64,000 nt of DNA. Origin: Thermodesulfobacteriota bacterium. Lineage in GTDB: Bacteria > Desulfobacterota > QYQD01. A program made the translations under genes and the position numbers. The DNA is taken from NCBI GenBank assembly GCA_031082315.1, contig JAVHLC010000001.1:221224-285223 (forward strand), written 5' to 3'. Below the pieces are notes generated by a model. It was not told where the DNA came from, made no database searches, and saw only the letters and a list, made by a program, of their open reading frames with translations. Below, piece after piece: positions 1 to 9,669 of the stretch. The first letter of the stretch is position 1; each line of letters starts with the position of its first letter.

Positions 1-81
1 TGAAAGGTCAGCCTTTTTCTTGAAATCAGTATATATACTATCGGCAGTAATCGTCGGAGCACTTTTAGGGCCTTTCCCTAT

Positions 82-2247
82 TTATAGTAAAAAAGAAATA
101 TTCGATACCTTTCCTGTACGTCGGGCAACCAATCGGCAGCTATCCATCTTAACACCATACCGCGGACTATATAAGGCTGGTTCCACGACTACTTCACTAA
201 CACCATTGCACTGTAATTGGACGGAAATATCATCACGCAATAACATCCCACCTTTATAGGTAACCTCAGGATGAAGATTCAGCATGATCAGGCCGCCTGG
301 CTTTTCACTTGCATCATTTATTTGCACTTCCCGCTCTTTCACTAGGAATTCTCTCTGGCATACAAAGTTGAAGCCGCTGTGTTTACCTGCAAAACGGTCA
401 TTGTCGAAATGAATAATTGCAGCCCTGGCTCTATCAGACAGTCTGAAAAGGCTGTTTGCAGGAATATCATTTTGTTCCATATCCGGAAAACCCACAGTAT
501 TGTGAGCCGCTGTGGAGCGAAAGTAATTTCTTTCATTCGGATGTGAGGTGTAGAGATATGTGCCCGGGTCTACAATAAAATCCTTGCCGCATATGGCCAG
601 CTCAAAGGAAAGTTTATCGTTGTGTGCGTGGCCACCTTCGCCGTTTCCACCATTTCTCCCGCAGCTTATTATTAAATATATAGGCCCCTTACGGTAAACG
701 GCAATACCGAAGTCGGGATATAAAACAGCATCCTTCCAAATCTGTTTATCCTTTCTGCAGCCGTCATAAGACCCGGCGCCGAGGCCTTTTTTATTTTTTT
801 CAGTTCCCTTGACCAATATCCTGTCGGCAACCTTAATCAACTCTTCATGGGCATTCAGCTTCCAGTTTGCGACTCCGTTAATCAGTTCAAAAGGTACGGG
901 CAGCCAGAACACCCTCCCGCTGTCATTGTCTCCAATCTGAGGCAGTTCATCGTCCGGCCTTGAAATATCTCTGATAAAACCAATCATCAAACGCAGGCGT
1001 TCAACAAACCAATCAGGGAAGACTTCGAAATGGTCAAAAGAAAATTCATATTCAGGTTTTGACTTGAAAGTTCTTCCGGGCAAACCATGAAACAATAAAC
1101 GCTCGTTCAGCCTTTTCCTCCTCTTCTCAGGAAGGGAAACAATTATCATATAAGAGGCAAGGAACATTTCAGTGACAAGCCGGTGATAGCTGGTGGAGGC
1201 CTCAAAGTGTGTTCCGTCGGAATATACCTGTCGGCGCATCTCTTGTATCAGTTCTTGAATGCCAAAAAGGGTCCAGTCATCGCTGTCTGAAATCCATGGG
1301 GCGCTTGCACCGATAGCTATTAACCCGACCAGATTGCCAAGATAGTGATTGTTGGCCCCAAAGGAGTTCTTTTCAATGTTATGCAGTATAAAACTTGCGT
1401 GTTCGTACAGACTTTTTTGAAGCATCCAGATAAACTCCGGGGTCAGATCCCCTTTACCTCTAAAGAACCCCACGCCTAAAAGCCAGTTTGCCGCCCTAAG
1501 CCCGGCTTCCATGGCGTTCCTCCAGTTGACGCCGTAATATAACGGGTTTCCAACTATCCAGTCTATGATCTGAAGCTGAAACTCTTCAGCAAGGCCGGGT
1601 TTTCGGGTGTGCTGCCAGTAAAGTCCCATTGGGCCGGAATGATAACATCTCGAAAGCTCCCATGTCACCTTCACGTCGGCACCCGAAACGGCCCCCGGCT
1701 TGATATCTCGATACCAAATGTCCTCAGGCCATCGGTAACCCGACTTGAAATCCTTGTGCCATTCAATTGGATTGTACTCGGCCAGGTGCTCAAGCAAAGC
1801 GGCGCCGGGATTAATGCCAGATATTGACTTATGAATCATATCTTTCCTGCGTCTTCCATAGGATACCTGTATGCCGCTTACTGGATCATTATTTACACTT
1901 TCCATTGAAAGGTTGGCATTAAACCATCCCGTGCCGAGAATATCAAAGCAATGTTCCATCGCCTTTTCTACCAGGAAGTTAAGGGAGGTAGAGCATACAG
2001 CATCTTTGCCGTCCTGAAAAGCGACAGGAAACACAGCCATTTGATCTGAATAGAACTTGTCAGCGATATTTAAAGCATAATCCCGTGAGTCTCTCAGGCC
2101 GAACAACCTTACCCACTCGTCCCTCGATCTTTTTCTGTTTCTGTAGCTGTAATAGCGAGTTAGTCTATTGTGGAAGATGCCGGATGCACGGATATGCAAA
2201 ATTTTAACGATATCCTCGATTGATCTGCCACGCACTCTTTCTATCAA
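82..2247 (-). CDS. heparinase II/III-like family protein (polysaccharide lyase-like, commonly found in O-antigen/EPS loci)
   Basis: 721 aa ORF, last gene of the minus-strand locus visible in the window. Alpha/alpha-toroid-like region (NWRNAMEAGLRAANWLL...HYLGNLVGLIAIGA) typical of heparinase II/III-like proteins encoded next to glycosyltransferases. Confidence 0.45.
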   Translation of the reverse strand: MIERVRGRSIEDIVKILHIRASGIFHNRLTRYYSYRNRKRSRDEWVRLFGLRDSRDYALNIADKFYSDQMAVFPVAFQDGKDAVCSTSLNFLVEKAMEHCFDILGTGWFNANLSMESVNNDPVSGIQVSYGRRRKDMIHKSISGINPGAALLEHLAEYNPIEWHKDFKSGYRWPEDIWYRDIKPGAVSGADVKVTWELSRCYHSGPMGLYWQHTRKPGLAEEFQLQIIDWIVGNPLYYGVNWRNAMEAGLRAANWLLGVGFFRGKGDLTPEFIWMLQKSLYEHASFILHNIEKNSFGANNHYLGNLVGLIAIGASAPWISDSDDWTLFGIQELIQEMRRQVYSDGTHFEASTSYHRLVTEMFLASYMIIVSLPEKRRKRLNERLLFHGLPGRTFKSKPEYEFSFDHFEVFPDWFVERLRLMIGFIRDISRPDDELPQIGDNDSGRVFWLPVPFELINGVANWKLNAHEELIKVADRILVKGTEKNKKGLGAGSYDGCRKDKQIWKDAVLYPDFGIAVYRKGPIYLIISCGRNGGNGEGGHAHNDKLSFELAICGKDFIVDPGTYLYTSHPNERNYFRSTAAHNTVGFPDMEQNDIPANSLFRLSDRARAAIIHFDNDRFAGKHSGFNFVCQREFLVKEREVQINDASEKPGGLIMLNLHPEVTYKGGMLLRDDISVQLQCNGVSEVVVEPALYSPRYGVKMDSCRLVARRTGKVSNISFLL

Positions 2248-2274
2248 GCCAAGAAATCCATTCCTGTCATCATA

Positions 2275-2326
2275 TTGAAGCTCCCCGCAGCAAGCAGCGG
2301 GGAATGCGCTCGCTATGCATGTTCAA
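2275..2326 (-). repeat. conserved box (TTGAACATGCATAGCGAGCG, minus-strand sense) plus GC hairpin (CCCCGC-loop-GCGGGG), intra-operon intergenic element, copy 1
   Basis: Shares a 20-nt box, a 16-nt distal arm (CTGCGGGGAGCTTCAA, minus-strand sense) and hairpin architecture with 34889..34977. The stem sequences differ but both form perfect hairpins. Confidence 0.5.
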
Positions 2327-2358
2327 TGTCCTTAAGAGGAAGGCTATTAAGAATCCAA

Positions 2359-3597
2359 TCAGGCCAAAGCCTGATTTATCAATTGCAGCCATCTCTTTGC
2401 CTCTAATGCCTTATCAAACAGTTCTATTGCCCGCTGTCTCGCATTTTTGCCCATCTCTTCCATCAGTTGGGGATTATCCATAAGAGTACAGATCGCCTGT
2501 TCGATCTCAGCCGGCTCGATTCTATCGCGTCCATTCAGCGGTATAACAAGCCCTGTCTCTTTGTCCGATACCGCTTCCTTAATGCCCCCGGAGTCAGAAA
2601 CGATCGCCGGCTTCCCCCATGCCATGGAATCCTTTATCGAGATTCCCATGCATGCCCGCAGCGCCTTGGTGGGGGCAAGCAAAATGCTGCACCTCCGGTA
2701 ATACAACGGCAAAATATCATGAGGCACATCGTGGTGAATAAATACCCTGTCAGGATACTTCAATTGTAACGCCTTAGCCTGTTCGTCCAGTTCTCCTCTG
2801 GCTCCTGCCAAAAGGAAACAGACGTCTTTGTTTTTTTCCAGTACTGAAGGTATGCTCTCAAGAACAACATCCAATCCCATGTCTTTCAGAAAGCGTCCGA
2901 AAAAAAGGACAACCCTGTATTCAGACGGAATAACAACCGCATCCGGATGTTGTTTTTCAGCACCCTCCCTCGCATATTCATCAATATCTACTCCTACATA
3001 AATAACCTCAATCTGCCTGGGATCAAAACCTGTTTTCTCATACAGTCCCGCACAGTATTTACTTGAACTTATTACCCTGTCGGATGCCGATAAAACGGAT
3101 TTTAAAAAATCCCGATATCTGCTGCCTGTTCCCATACCTTGGAGGATCTCCCCGAAGACCATGGTAAACAGGGCTAGTTTTGGGTCAAACTTCTTTTTTA
3201 AATAAAATCCGTAAAGGCTGTCATATAAATTATATGTAACCGCCAGTTTAATATTATGCTCTTTAACGATTTTACAGACTATATGAAACCTTATAATTGT
3301 CGATGCAATATCTCTGATACAGACTCTCTGAACTAAGAGCGATAAAAAAACAGGAATGTTTCCTAAACTGGAAAAAAGAAACCTCCAGTTTTTTTTCTTG
3401 TTTATCCTGATCACCCGAAGTCCCTCTCTTGGAAATTCGGTCTTGTCTTCGCTCTCAAATGAGAGCACGGTTATCTTAAAATCTTCTTTTAATAAAAAAG
3501 CGGTTAGATTGTATATCTGGGTTGAATATCCCCCGTAAACTGGCGGATAGGGCCCCACAAAGAGGATCTGCGGCTTCGTGTTGTCCAGATTCTCCAC
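2359..3597 (-). CDS. glycosyltransferase family 4 (GT-B, retaining)
   Basis: 412 aa. N-terminal FVGPYPPVYGGYSTQ and a C-terminal E-X7-E-like region (GGIKEAVSDKETGLVIP) typical of GT4/GT1 enzymes. Confidence 0.7.
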   Translation of the reverse strand: MENLDNTKPQILFVGPYPPVYGGYSTQIYNLTAFLLKEDFKITVLSFESEDKTEFPREGLRVIRINKKKNWRFLFSSLGNIPVFLSLLVQRVCIRDIASTIIRFHIVCKIVKEHNIKLAVTYNLYDSLYGFYLKKKFDPKLALFTMVFGEILQGMGTGSRYRDFLKSVLSASDRVISSSKYCAGLYEKTGFDPRQIEVIYVGVDIDEYAREGAEKQHPDAVVIPSEYRVVLFFGRFLKDMGLDVVLESIPSVLEKNKDVCFLLAGARGELDEQAKALQLKYPDRVFIHHDVPHDILPLYYRRCSILLAPTKALRACMGISIKDSMAWGKPAIVSDSGGIKEAVSDKETGLVIPLNGRDRIEPAEIEQAICTLMDNPQLMEEMGKNARQRAIELFDKALEAKRWLQLINQALA

Positions 3598-3602
3598 AAG
3601 AT

Positions 3603-4310
3603 TTATCGTTTGGCCTTCAGGTGAATAATGTAGTAAGGATAGTCATATGTATAATACCGGTGATACTTCATAATCGGAAATTGCTTCTTGAAACAATTAT
3701 GTATACATTTTAAGTTTCTGGTAATGTGTTGACCCTTATTTCTGTCGCGAAGCAGATGTCTTTTTATTATGCTGGCGAAAGTCTTTAAATGCATCATGCA
3801 AAAAACAGAAGGGGAAGCGATCAAAATATCCACTATACCTATCGACCTAATATCCTCAGAAAAGTTCTTAAGTTCATTATCACTAAAACAGGACTCCATT
3901 TGAAAAAAAAACAGCGAGTCATGCTTACCTTTCAGTTCTTCGTAATTCCCAGTTACAAGGTCAAATTTGCCTATTTTAAGATTTGGTCTCAGCAGCGATT
4001 TCTGTGCGGTTTCTATAGCTCGATTATTATTGTCAAAAACTTCTATCTTCTTATCTGGAAATCTTTCAAGAATCATATAATCCTTAATGGCATCTACCCC
4101 AAATTCCAAAATGTTAGTAAAGCCTTGCTGTCTTGATAGGTAATCACTTATATATCTGCTTATAATAAAAGTATGTGGTTTTCTTATTGCAACCTCTTTA
4201 AAAATCTTTTCTTTTTGTCCGCTTAATAATGTAGCTTTCAGTATATTTTTTTGGTTCTCATCTTTTTCAATAACATTAAAATGAAATTTCAGAGGTATAG
4301 GAAAAAACAT
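3603..4310 (-). CDS. hypothetical protein, possibly a class I SAM-dependent methyltransferase
   Basis: 235 aa, AT-rich. Weak motif-I-like ILEFGVDAI. No firm family assignment. Confidence 0.3.
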   Translation of the reverse strand: MFFPIPLKFHFNVIEKDENQKNILKATLLSGQKEKIFKEVAIRKPHTFIISRYISDYLSRQQGFTNILEFGVDAIKDYMILERFPDKKIEVFDNNNRAIETAQKSLLRPNLKIGKFDLVTGNYEELKGKHDSLFFFQMESCFSDNELKNFSEDIRSIGIVDILIASPSVFCMMHLKTFASIIKRHLLRDRNKGQHITRNLKCIHNCFKKQFPIMKYHRYYTYDYPYYIIHLKAKR

Positions 4311-4361
4311 TTTCCCTCTTAATTACCGGTTGAATATTTCACGACAGAAATCTATGCGTGT

Positions 4362-5939
4362 TTACCACAGATAAAAAAAGCGGTCTATAGAATCTATAAT
4401 TTTTACATCCAGGGGATACTTAAAATAGCGGTGTTTCCAGCGATACCAGGCGATATGGCCCAGCATATCTCGAACAACACCCGGAATATTCAGCCTCTTA
4501 AGCCGCTGCCGGGCAGTTTTCCAACTAAACGGCACACCCCTATGGGAGCACACGGATACTGCCCAGAGATAATCAACCAGGGGGTGCCACTCCGTATGGG
4601 AACGATGCCCGATCCTGAATTGTCCCCAATCGTATAAGGTTTTCGGGGGATCGAATCCCGCCTCCACAACCTTCTTATGGAGAGGGGTTCCCGGACAAGG
4701 GGCATACAAAAATATCTTGCCCAGTTGTACTGTTTCGGGATAGCCGTTGCGTAATTTATCTATGATATCCATGCTGAGTTCTACATCTCTTTTTTCTTCC
4801 CCGGGAAAACCGCACATCAGGTTCGTCATGAACGTCAAACCGGCTTCGTTTATTTGCTCAACGCCGCTTTTTATATCCCCAATGGTGCAATCCTTTTTAA
4901 TATAATCCAATATCTTCTGCGACCCGGACTCAACACCCACATAAACCTCTACAAGCCCTGATTCCTTTGCTCTTTTCCAAAAATCTACAGTGGTTCTTCT
5001 AAAATATTGAGCACGGCAGGAGGCATGCCATTTCATATCAAGCTTCATCCCTATAAGGCCTTCTATCACCGCAGTTGCACGTTTAAAGTCGGCAAAAAAA
5101 CAATCATCTACCAGGATCAGCTTATCGGGCTTGTATTTATCATAAATGCCTTTCATATCCTTTAAAACCATTTCAGCGCTTTTCTTTCTGAATGTCCTTC
5201 TATGGACCACCAAGACATCGCAAAACTGACACCGGTGAGGGCATCCTCGTTCTGACTGGTACAAAAAGCGGCTGAGGTCGTAATTGTCCATATTGAGCAA
5301 ACTGTAATCGAACTCTAATTGATCATTGAAAGAGAAAAAGGGTCTGTCCTGGTTATGAATTATTTCCCCATCCTTTTTATATGAAACACCATCAACTTTG
5401 GACAGGTCTCCGCCGTCTGTCAGACACTTGGCGAGTTCAGCTGCTGTATGCTCGCCCTCTCCCCGAACTACTATGTCTACAAATTCCGATGTTCTTAATG
5501 ACTGCTCCGGAGTCAATGTGACGTGCACGCCTCCAAAAACTATGGGTATTTTTGGATTCACCTTCCTGACGTGCTGCGCACACTGGAGGCCAAAAAAAAC
5601 ACTGCTGCCGGTAAGGCAAGAAATGCCGACAAAAACCACTTTGTCGTCAAGCTCTTCATTAAGTCTCTTGATTGAATCTTCAACCCTTCCATCTATTATT
5701 ACAGGTTCAAATCCGGCCTTTTGCAAATAAGGAGCAAGCGCTAGAACTGATAATGGCAGGGTCACTTTTTTCTGTAAAAGCCGGGAAAAAATATCTCTTG
5801 TTGCCTTGTAAATTAAAGGAGGCAGCTTGTCCTTAAGGTAAAGACCTATCTCTCCAGGCATTATCAATATAATCTTTTGGGCTTTATTGGAACTCATTCT
5901 CTTATTGTCTCTTTCGTATTTTTCCTGATTTGACGGCAC
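4362..5939 (-). CDS. B12-binding domain-containing radical SAM protein
   Basis: 525 aa. N-terminal cobalamin-binding-like Rossmann region (VFVGISCLTGSS...IVFGGVHVT) followed by a CxxxCxxC radical-SAM cluster motif (GCPHRCQFCDV). Confidence 0.75.
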   Translation of the reverse strand: MPSNQEKYERDNKRMSSNKAQKIILIMPGEIGLYLKDKLPPLIYKATRDIFSRLLQKKVTLPLSVLALAPYLQKAGFEPVIIDGRVEDSIKRLNEELDDKVVFVGISCLTGSSVFFGLQCAQHVRKVNPKIPIVFGGVHVTLTPEQSLRTSEFVDIVVRGEGEHTAAELAKCLTDGGDLSKVDGVSYKKDGEIIHNQDRPFFSFNDQLEFDYSLLNMDNYDLSRFLYQSERGCPHRCQFCDVLVVHRRTFRKKSAEMVLKDMKGIYDKYKPDKLILVDDCFFADFKRATAVIEGLIGMKLDMKWHASCRAQYFRRTTVDFWKRAKESGLVEVYVGVESGSQKILDYIKKDCTIGDIKSGVEQINEAGLTFMTNLMCGFPGEEKRDVELSMDIIDKLRNGYPETVQLGKIFLYAPCPGTPLHKKVVEAGFDPPKTLYDWGQFRIGHRSHTEWHPLVDYLWAVSVCSHRGVPFSWKTARQRLKRLNIPGVVRDMLGHIAWYRWKHRYFKYPLDVKIIDSIDRFFYLW

Positions 5940-7564
5940 CTTTTTTGGGCAAGTTCATCCATTCCCCTTAAGGTTTCCTTAAATTTTTTGTTGCCGCTCA
6001 GGTTATCTAACTCACCCGGATCGCTCTCTAAATCATATAACTCACTTGCGCCAGGATTATTGCCCTCGCTCCATATATATTTATATCTTTCCGTCCTGAT
6101 CGCAATATTAATTTTTTTTCTTTTGAGGTCACATGGTCCTCTCCCATTGTTTTCGCTTATTATGAATTCCCTGTCTTTAGCCGTTGAGCTATATACCGGA
6201 ACACCTTTGAACTGGGTTACCGGTCCGATTCCCATCAGATCCAGTATGGTAGGAGCAAGATCCAGCTGACTGCACATATTGGTTATTTTCTCCGGTTTTA
6301 GCCTGGCATTATAGAATATCATTGGCACCCTTATAAACTCGTCATAAAAAAGTGTTGCTTTGTGGCCTGACCGCTTAATACTGTTATCCTCCATTCCGTG
6401 GTCCGATGTAATTACTAATAATGTCTTATCCAACAAATCTTTTTCTTTTAAAAACCGAATCACTTTGCCCAGTTGATCATCAACGTATTTTATAGCTCTT
6501 CTTGTCGCATATTCATTATAATGTCCCTTAATCTCGTCCCTTTTTAACGTGACTCGTTTTTTCAGAAAGCTTCCGGAAATTGGAGGAAGCTGAATTTTGC
6601 CTGATGTATAATTCCCCTCGTGAATATCCAGAAAATGAGCCCATAAAAAAAAGGGGCTCTCACCCCTTTTATCAATCCAATCTATTATGCACTCTCTAAG
6701 ATATTTAGCACTAACAAAATGATCGTATTTTTTCAAGATATAAGAGTAACCGAATCCAAGCTTATTTTGAAGTCTTACCATTATATCTTCGATCGTTGCA
6801 TTAATGTATGCCTCCATTACTCCAAATGGGCTCTCCCCATACCTAGCAATATTAATAATCCGGTCGTATTTCAACTGCATATCAAATTGCTTTGACAGAT
6901 ATTCCTGCGGATTATTTTCGTATAGATCCAGCTCTCTTAATATCAGTTTTCTAAGCCTTGAATAATCATACGCATGGATAATAGGATTGTATCCAAAAGT
7001 ATTTTCCTTTATCTCGCGATTTTTTTCTTCACAAAACAAAACCAGATATTTGTATGATGCCTTTACTGCTTTGCCTGTAACTTCGCAGAATTCCTCGAAA
7101 TTGATTAATCCCTCTTTCATTAACTGGACGTAATAAGAAAAAAAATTCTTACTCAAGGATTTCCAGAACCTTTTTATGTTGTATATCTCGTGAAATTCGT
7201 CAAATCCCCTATCGTAATAATAAAATCTTCCCAAGAAGTTTACCGTGGCAAAGCCAGCGGTATAAAAACCGTTTCTTTTCATTACCTCCGTAAGGGTTAT
7301 TTCCCTGTTCTTTATCCCCCTGTTATATCCGCCACAATCTAACGGCAAAGTGGATGTAAAAATAGATGGGAAAGCCATTTGCGTCGGCTGTCCGTTTGAA
7401 AATGCATTTGCGCAAGATATGCCTTTCTTTGACAAATCATCCAGGAAAGGCGTGAGGCTTTCGGATTCCGTTGAATTTCCCAGTCTTGTATATGAAAGCG
7501 CGTCAATCGACAGAAATATTATGTTTTGCATTGTTAACGATGTGTCCAATAGGTGCTTTTCCAT
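5894..7564 (-). CDS. alkaline-phosphatase superfamily protein (sulfatase-like fold; Thr-nucleophile phosphotransferase-type rather than a formylglycine sulfatase)
   Basis: 556 aa. N-terminal IFLSIDALSYTRLG and the metal-site motif ITSDHGME. At the position where sulfatases carry C/S-x-P-x-R, the sequence reads GQPTQMAF, with Thr as in LtaS/EptA-type enzymes. No obvious TM segments. Confidence 0.5.
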   Translation of the reverse strand: MEKHLLDTSLTMQNIIFLSIDALSYTRLGNSTESESLTPFLDDLSKKGISCANAFSNGQPTQMAFPSIFTSTLPLDCGGYNRGIKNREITLTEVMKRNGFYTAGFATVNFLGRFYYYDRGFDEFHEIYNIKRFWKSLSKNFFSYYVQLMKEGLINFEEFCEVTGKAVKASYKYLVLFCEEKNREIKENTFGYNPIIHAYDYSRLRKLILRELDLYENNPQEYLSKQFDMQLKYDRIINIARYGESPFGVMEAYINATIEDIMVRLQNKLGFGYSYILKKYDHFVSAKYLRECIIDWIDKRGESPFFLWAHFLDIHEGNYTSGKIQLPPISGSFLKKRVTLKRDEIKGHYNEYATRRAIKYVDDQLGKVIRFLKEKDLLDKTLLVITSDHGMEDNSIKRSGHKATLFYDEFIRVPMIFYNARLKPEKITNMCSQLDLAPTILDLMGIGPVTQFKGVPVYSSTAKDREFIISENNGRGPCDLKRKKINIAIRTERYKYIWSEGNNPGASELYDLESDPGELDNLSGNKKFKETLRGMDELAQKRCRQIRKNTKETIRE

Positions 7565-7659
7565 ATTTCACAGGGAATACTATCTAATAAAACAGCGGCC
7601 ATGCACAAAGATACCCTTTCTTTACCGTCTGCTCCATATATAAAAACTGCCCACTAAGG

Positions 7660-8211
7660 TTATCCTAATTCCTTCTTGAAAAGAAGGCGCTGTTCGATTA
7701 TTTTTTCTGCAAAAGTGGTAAAGTTGTTGGTTTCCTCGTTGTTTTCCAGTACCAAATCACTATTTATCGGTTCTTCAAAGGAAAGATCAACGCCCACAAC
7801 GTTTTTCTCATCCCCTTTCATTGCTTTGCTATATAGGCTTTTCTGATCTCTCTTCAGCAGAACTTCCATTGAAACCTTGACATATATCTGGAAATAATTG
7901 TCTATGTTATTGCGGTTCCAGCATTGCACCTCATGATACAGCGACATTGTCGCGCAAACAACATTGACCCCCTGATCCGCAAGAAAGCAGCACATCCTTG
8001 AGATCCTATATGCGTTTTTTATTCTGTCTTTAGTGTTGTGCTGCAAATCGTTTCCCATTATTTCTCGCATTGCATCGCCATCCAGAAAAACTGCTTTTTC
8101 ATTCCTTGCAACAAGCGCTTTGAATAAAGCCAGCGCAATGCTTGTTTTACCTGCGCCGGCAAGCCCGGTGATCCAGTAAACAGTGCCTGTCTTATCCAGC
8201 TTTATATGCAT
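7660..8211 (-). CDS. cysC: adenylyl-sulfate (APS) kinase
   Basis: 183 aa. P-loop VYWITGLAGAGKTSIA and overall APS-kinase layout. Overlaps the next gene by 10 nt (operonic). Confidence 0.75.
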   Translation of the reverse strand: MHIKLDKTGTVYWITGLAGAGKTSIALALFKALVARNEKAVFLDGDAMREIMGNDLQHNTKDRIKNAYRISRMCCFLADQGVNVVCATMSLYHEVQCWNRNNIDNYFQIYVKVSMEVLLKRDQKSLYSKAMKGDEKNVVGVDLSFEEPINSDLVLENNEETNNFTTFAEKIIEQRLLFKKELG

Positions 8212-9005
8212 TGTCTCCGGTCGATACTAAGGGAATCGCCCACAGCCCTGCAAAAAGATTCAGCTAGGCGAAGATCGCGGAGGCTGTCTATTTCCACCCA
8301 TTTTCCATTGATAGGGATCTCGTAAACAGGCATATCCTCATCAATCAGCTCCTGAAGCATATCCGTCATGTAAAGCGTGTCTATCCTCATTTTTTCTCCG
8401 CCTTCTTGAGAAGACAGAAGGGTTGCTTCCTCGCTGTATTTGCGCCGCAGGACAGACAACCCATTACCCTGAAACACCATCAGGCCTATGTACTGCCCCT
8501 GTATATTCTCCACCTTGTCAGGTTTCTGACCGATCTCAAGTATCCTTCCGTCGGAATCAAGTTTCAGACTTTCGGCATCATCCAGGACGCTTTCAAAGCG
8601 CTTTTCCCAGTAAGAACGCCAATCGTGATCAACAACAACGCCGATCTCATGCCGGCATGAGACGACTTTCTCAAGAACTTCAGGTTCATAAACAATATCT
8701 CCATAGGAAACAACGATGCCTGAATCGAAGAATTTTTCCGCGTACCACAAAGTCCGCAGCATGTTTGTCTGCGCATATCTGGGATTTATGGCTATTGTCC
8801 ACTTCCCGCCTGGAATCGTTTCCGCTTTATGCCCGGCAACGATAACTATATCTTTTTCATTAACCCCGACCTTTTGTGCTGATAGTATCTGCCATTCAAG
8901 CAAATTTCTGCCGGCAAGCGGTAGCATACACTTGGGAATTTCGGTGGTAAGAGGCTGCAATCGCTGCCCCATGCCTGCTGCAAGTATAATCAGTTTCTTG
9001 CTCAT
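8202..9005 (-). CDS. sugar-phosphate or alcohol-phosphate nucleotidyltransferase (MobA/LicC-like NTP-transferase fold)
   Basis: 267 aa. N-terminal LIILAAGMGQRLQPLTTEIPKCMLPLAGRNLLEW signature of nucleotidyltransferases. Confidence 0.6.
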   Translation of the reverse strand: MSKKLIILAAGMGQRLQPLTTEIPKCMLPLAGRNLLEWQILSAQKVGVNEKDIVIVAGHKAETIPGGKWTIAINPRYAQTNMLRTLWYAEKFFDSGIVVSYGDIVYEPEVLEKVVSCRHEIGVVVDHDWRSYWEKRFESVLDDAESLKLDSDGRILEIGQKPDKVENIQGQYIGLMVFQGNGLSVLRRKYSEEATLLSSQEGGEKMRIDTLYMTDMLQELIDEDMPVYEIPINGKWVEIDSLRDLRLAESFCRAVGDSLSIDRRQCI

Positions 9006-9664
9006 GCCTGTTTGAAAATGTCAAAAAGCCAGGTATCGACTCCCCTGGCCGGATTGTTTCTTTCCGGATGCCACTGTACACCCCAGAAAGGCAGCCGTTT
9101 ATGCTTAATCCCTTCCACTATTCCATTGTCATCAACCGCGAAAGGATACATGTCCGGAGCGAGTGTTTCCAGGCTGACCCCGTGGTTATGGTATGAATTG
9201 ACTTCAAATCGAGCCTCCCACTCATGGGGCAATTCAATATAGTCCCTCAATAGGGTTACAGCATGCATCTTGTTTACATGGGTCCCTTTTCCTTTATCCG
9301 CCAGAAAGGGAACTATGGAGCCGCCGTAATAGCAGTTAAGTACGTGTAACCCGCGGCATACACCGACAACCGGAATGTACTTCTCTTCAGCAAAACGAAT
9401 CAGGCTTTCCTCCAGCGAGTCTCTTTCAGCGGCGCTATCAGGAGATCCTTCTATTCCGTAATCATTCCCGCTTGTCAAAAGAACGCCGTCGATATTCCCA
9501 AGCGCACTAAGGAAAGACAACGGGGAAGAGATTGCATTGGGGATAAGAACGGGACAGATATTCCTCTTTTCCAAAAAACCTATCCAGTCGTGGCTTATTG
9601 CATCCCTTTTTTCAGAGTAATTCTGATTTTCTATTACCCTAAGAGTGACTGCTACTTTCACCAT
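9002..9664 (-). CDS. class I glutamine amidotransferase-like / gamma-glutamyl hydrolase (peptidase C26, PuuD-like)
   Basis: GVCRGLHVLN nucleophile elbow and GVQWHPE His motif. Start moved to the internal Met (MVKVAVTLRVIEN) to avoid an 88-nt overlap with the upstream gene; the ORF track gives 9002..9757. Confidence 0.6.
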   Translation of the reverse strand: MVKVAVTLRVIENQNYSEKRDAISHDWIGFLEKRNICPVLIPNAISSPLSFLSALGNIDGVLLTSGNDYGIEGSPDSAAERDSLEESLIRFAEEKYIPVVGVCRGLHVLNCYYGGSIVPFLADKGKGTHVNKMHAVTLLRDYIELPHEWEARFEVNSYHNHGVSLETLAPDMYPFAVDDNGIVEGIKHKRLPFWGVQWHPERNNPARGVDTWLFDIFKQA

Positions 9665-9669
9665 AATTT

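Noticed and set aside
20-259. 79-aa plus-strand ORF at the window start
   Set aside because: Lies entirely antisense within the 3' end of the 721-aa heparinase-like gene. No RBS or motif. Probably a spurious frame.
2275-2340. Mini-ORF ending ...IEHA* matching the uxs C-terminus ...FEHA*, which might indicate a duplicated uxs 3' fragment (pseudogene)
   Set aside because: The upstream reading frame does not continue any UXS-like sequence and runs into the GT4 gene in another frame. The conservation is at the nucleotide level (box element), not the protein level.
5894-7564. Calling the 556-aa alkaline-phosphatase-fold protein a true arylsulfatase
   Set aside because: The formylglycine motif C/S-x-P-x-R is not present at the expected position. 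Thr occupies the nucleophile site, so it is more likely a phospho-alcohol transferase/hydrolase.
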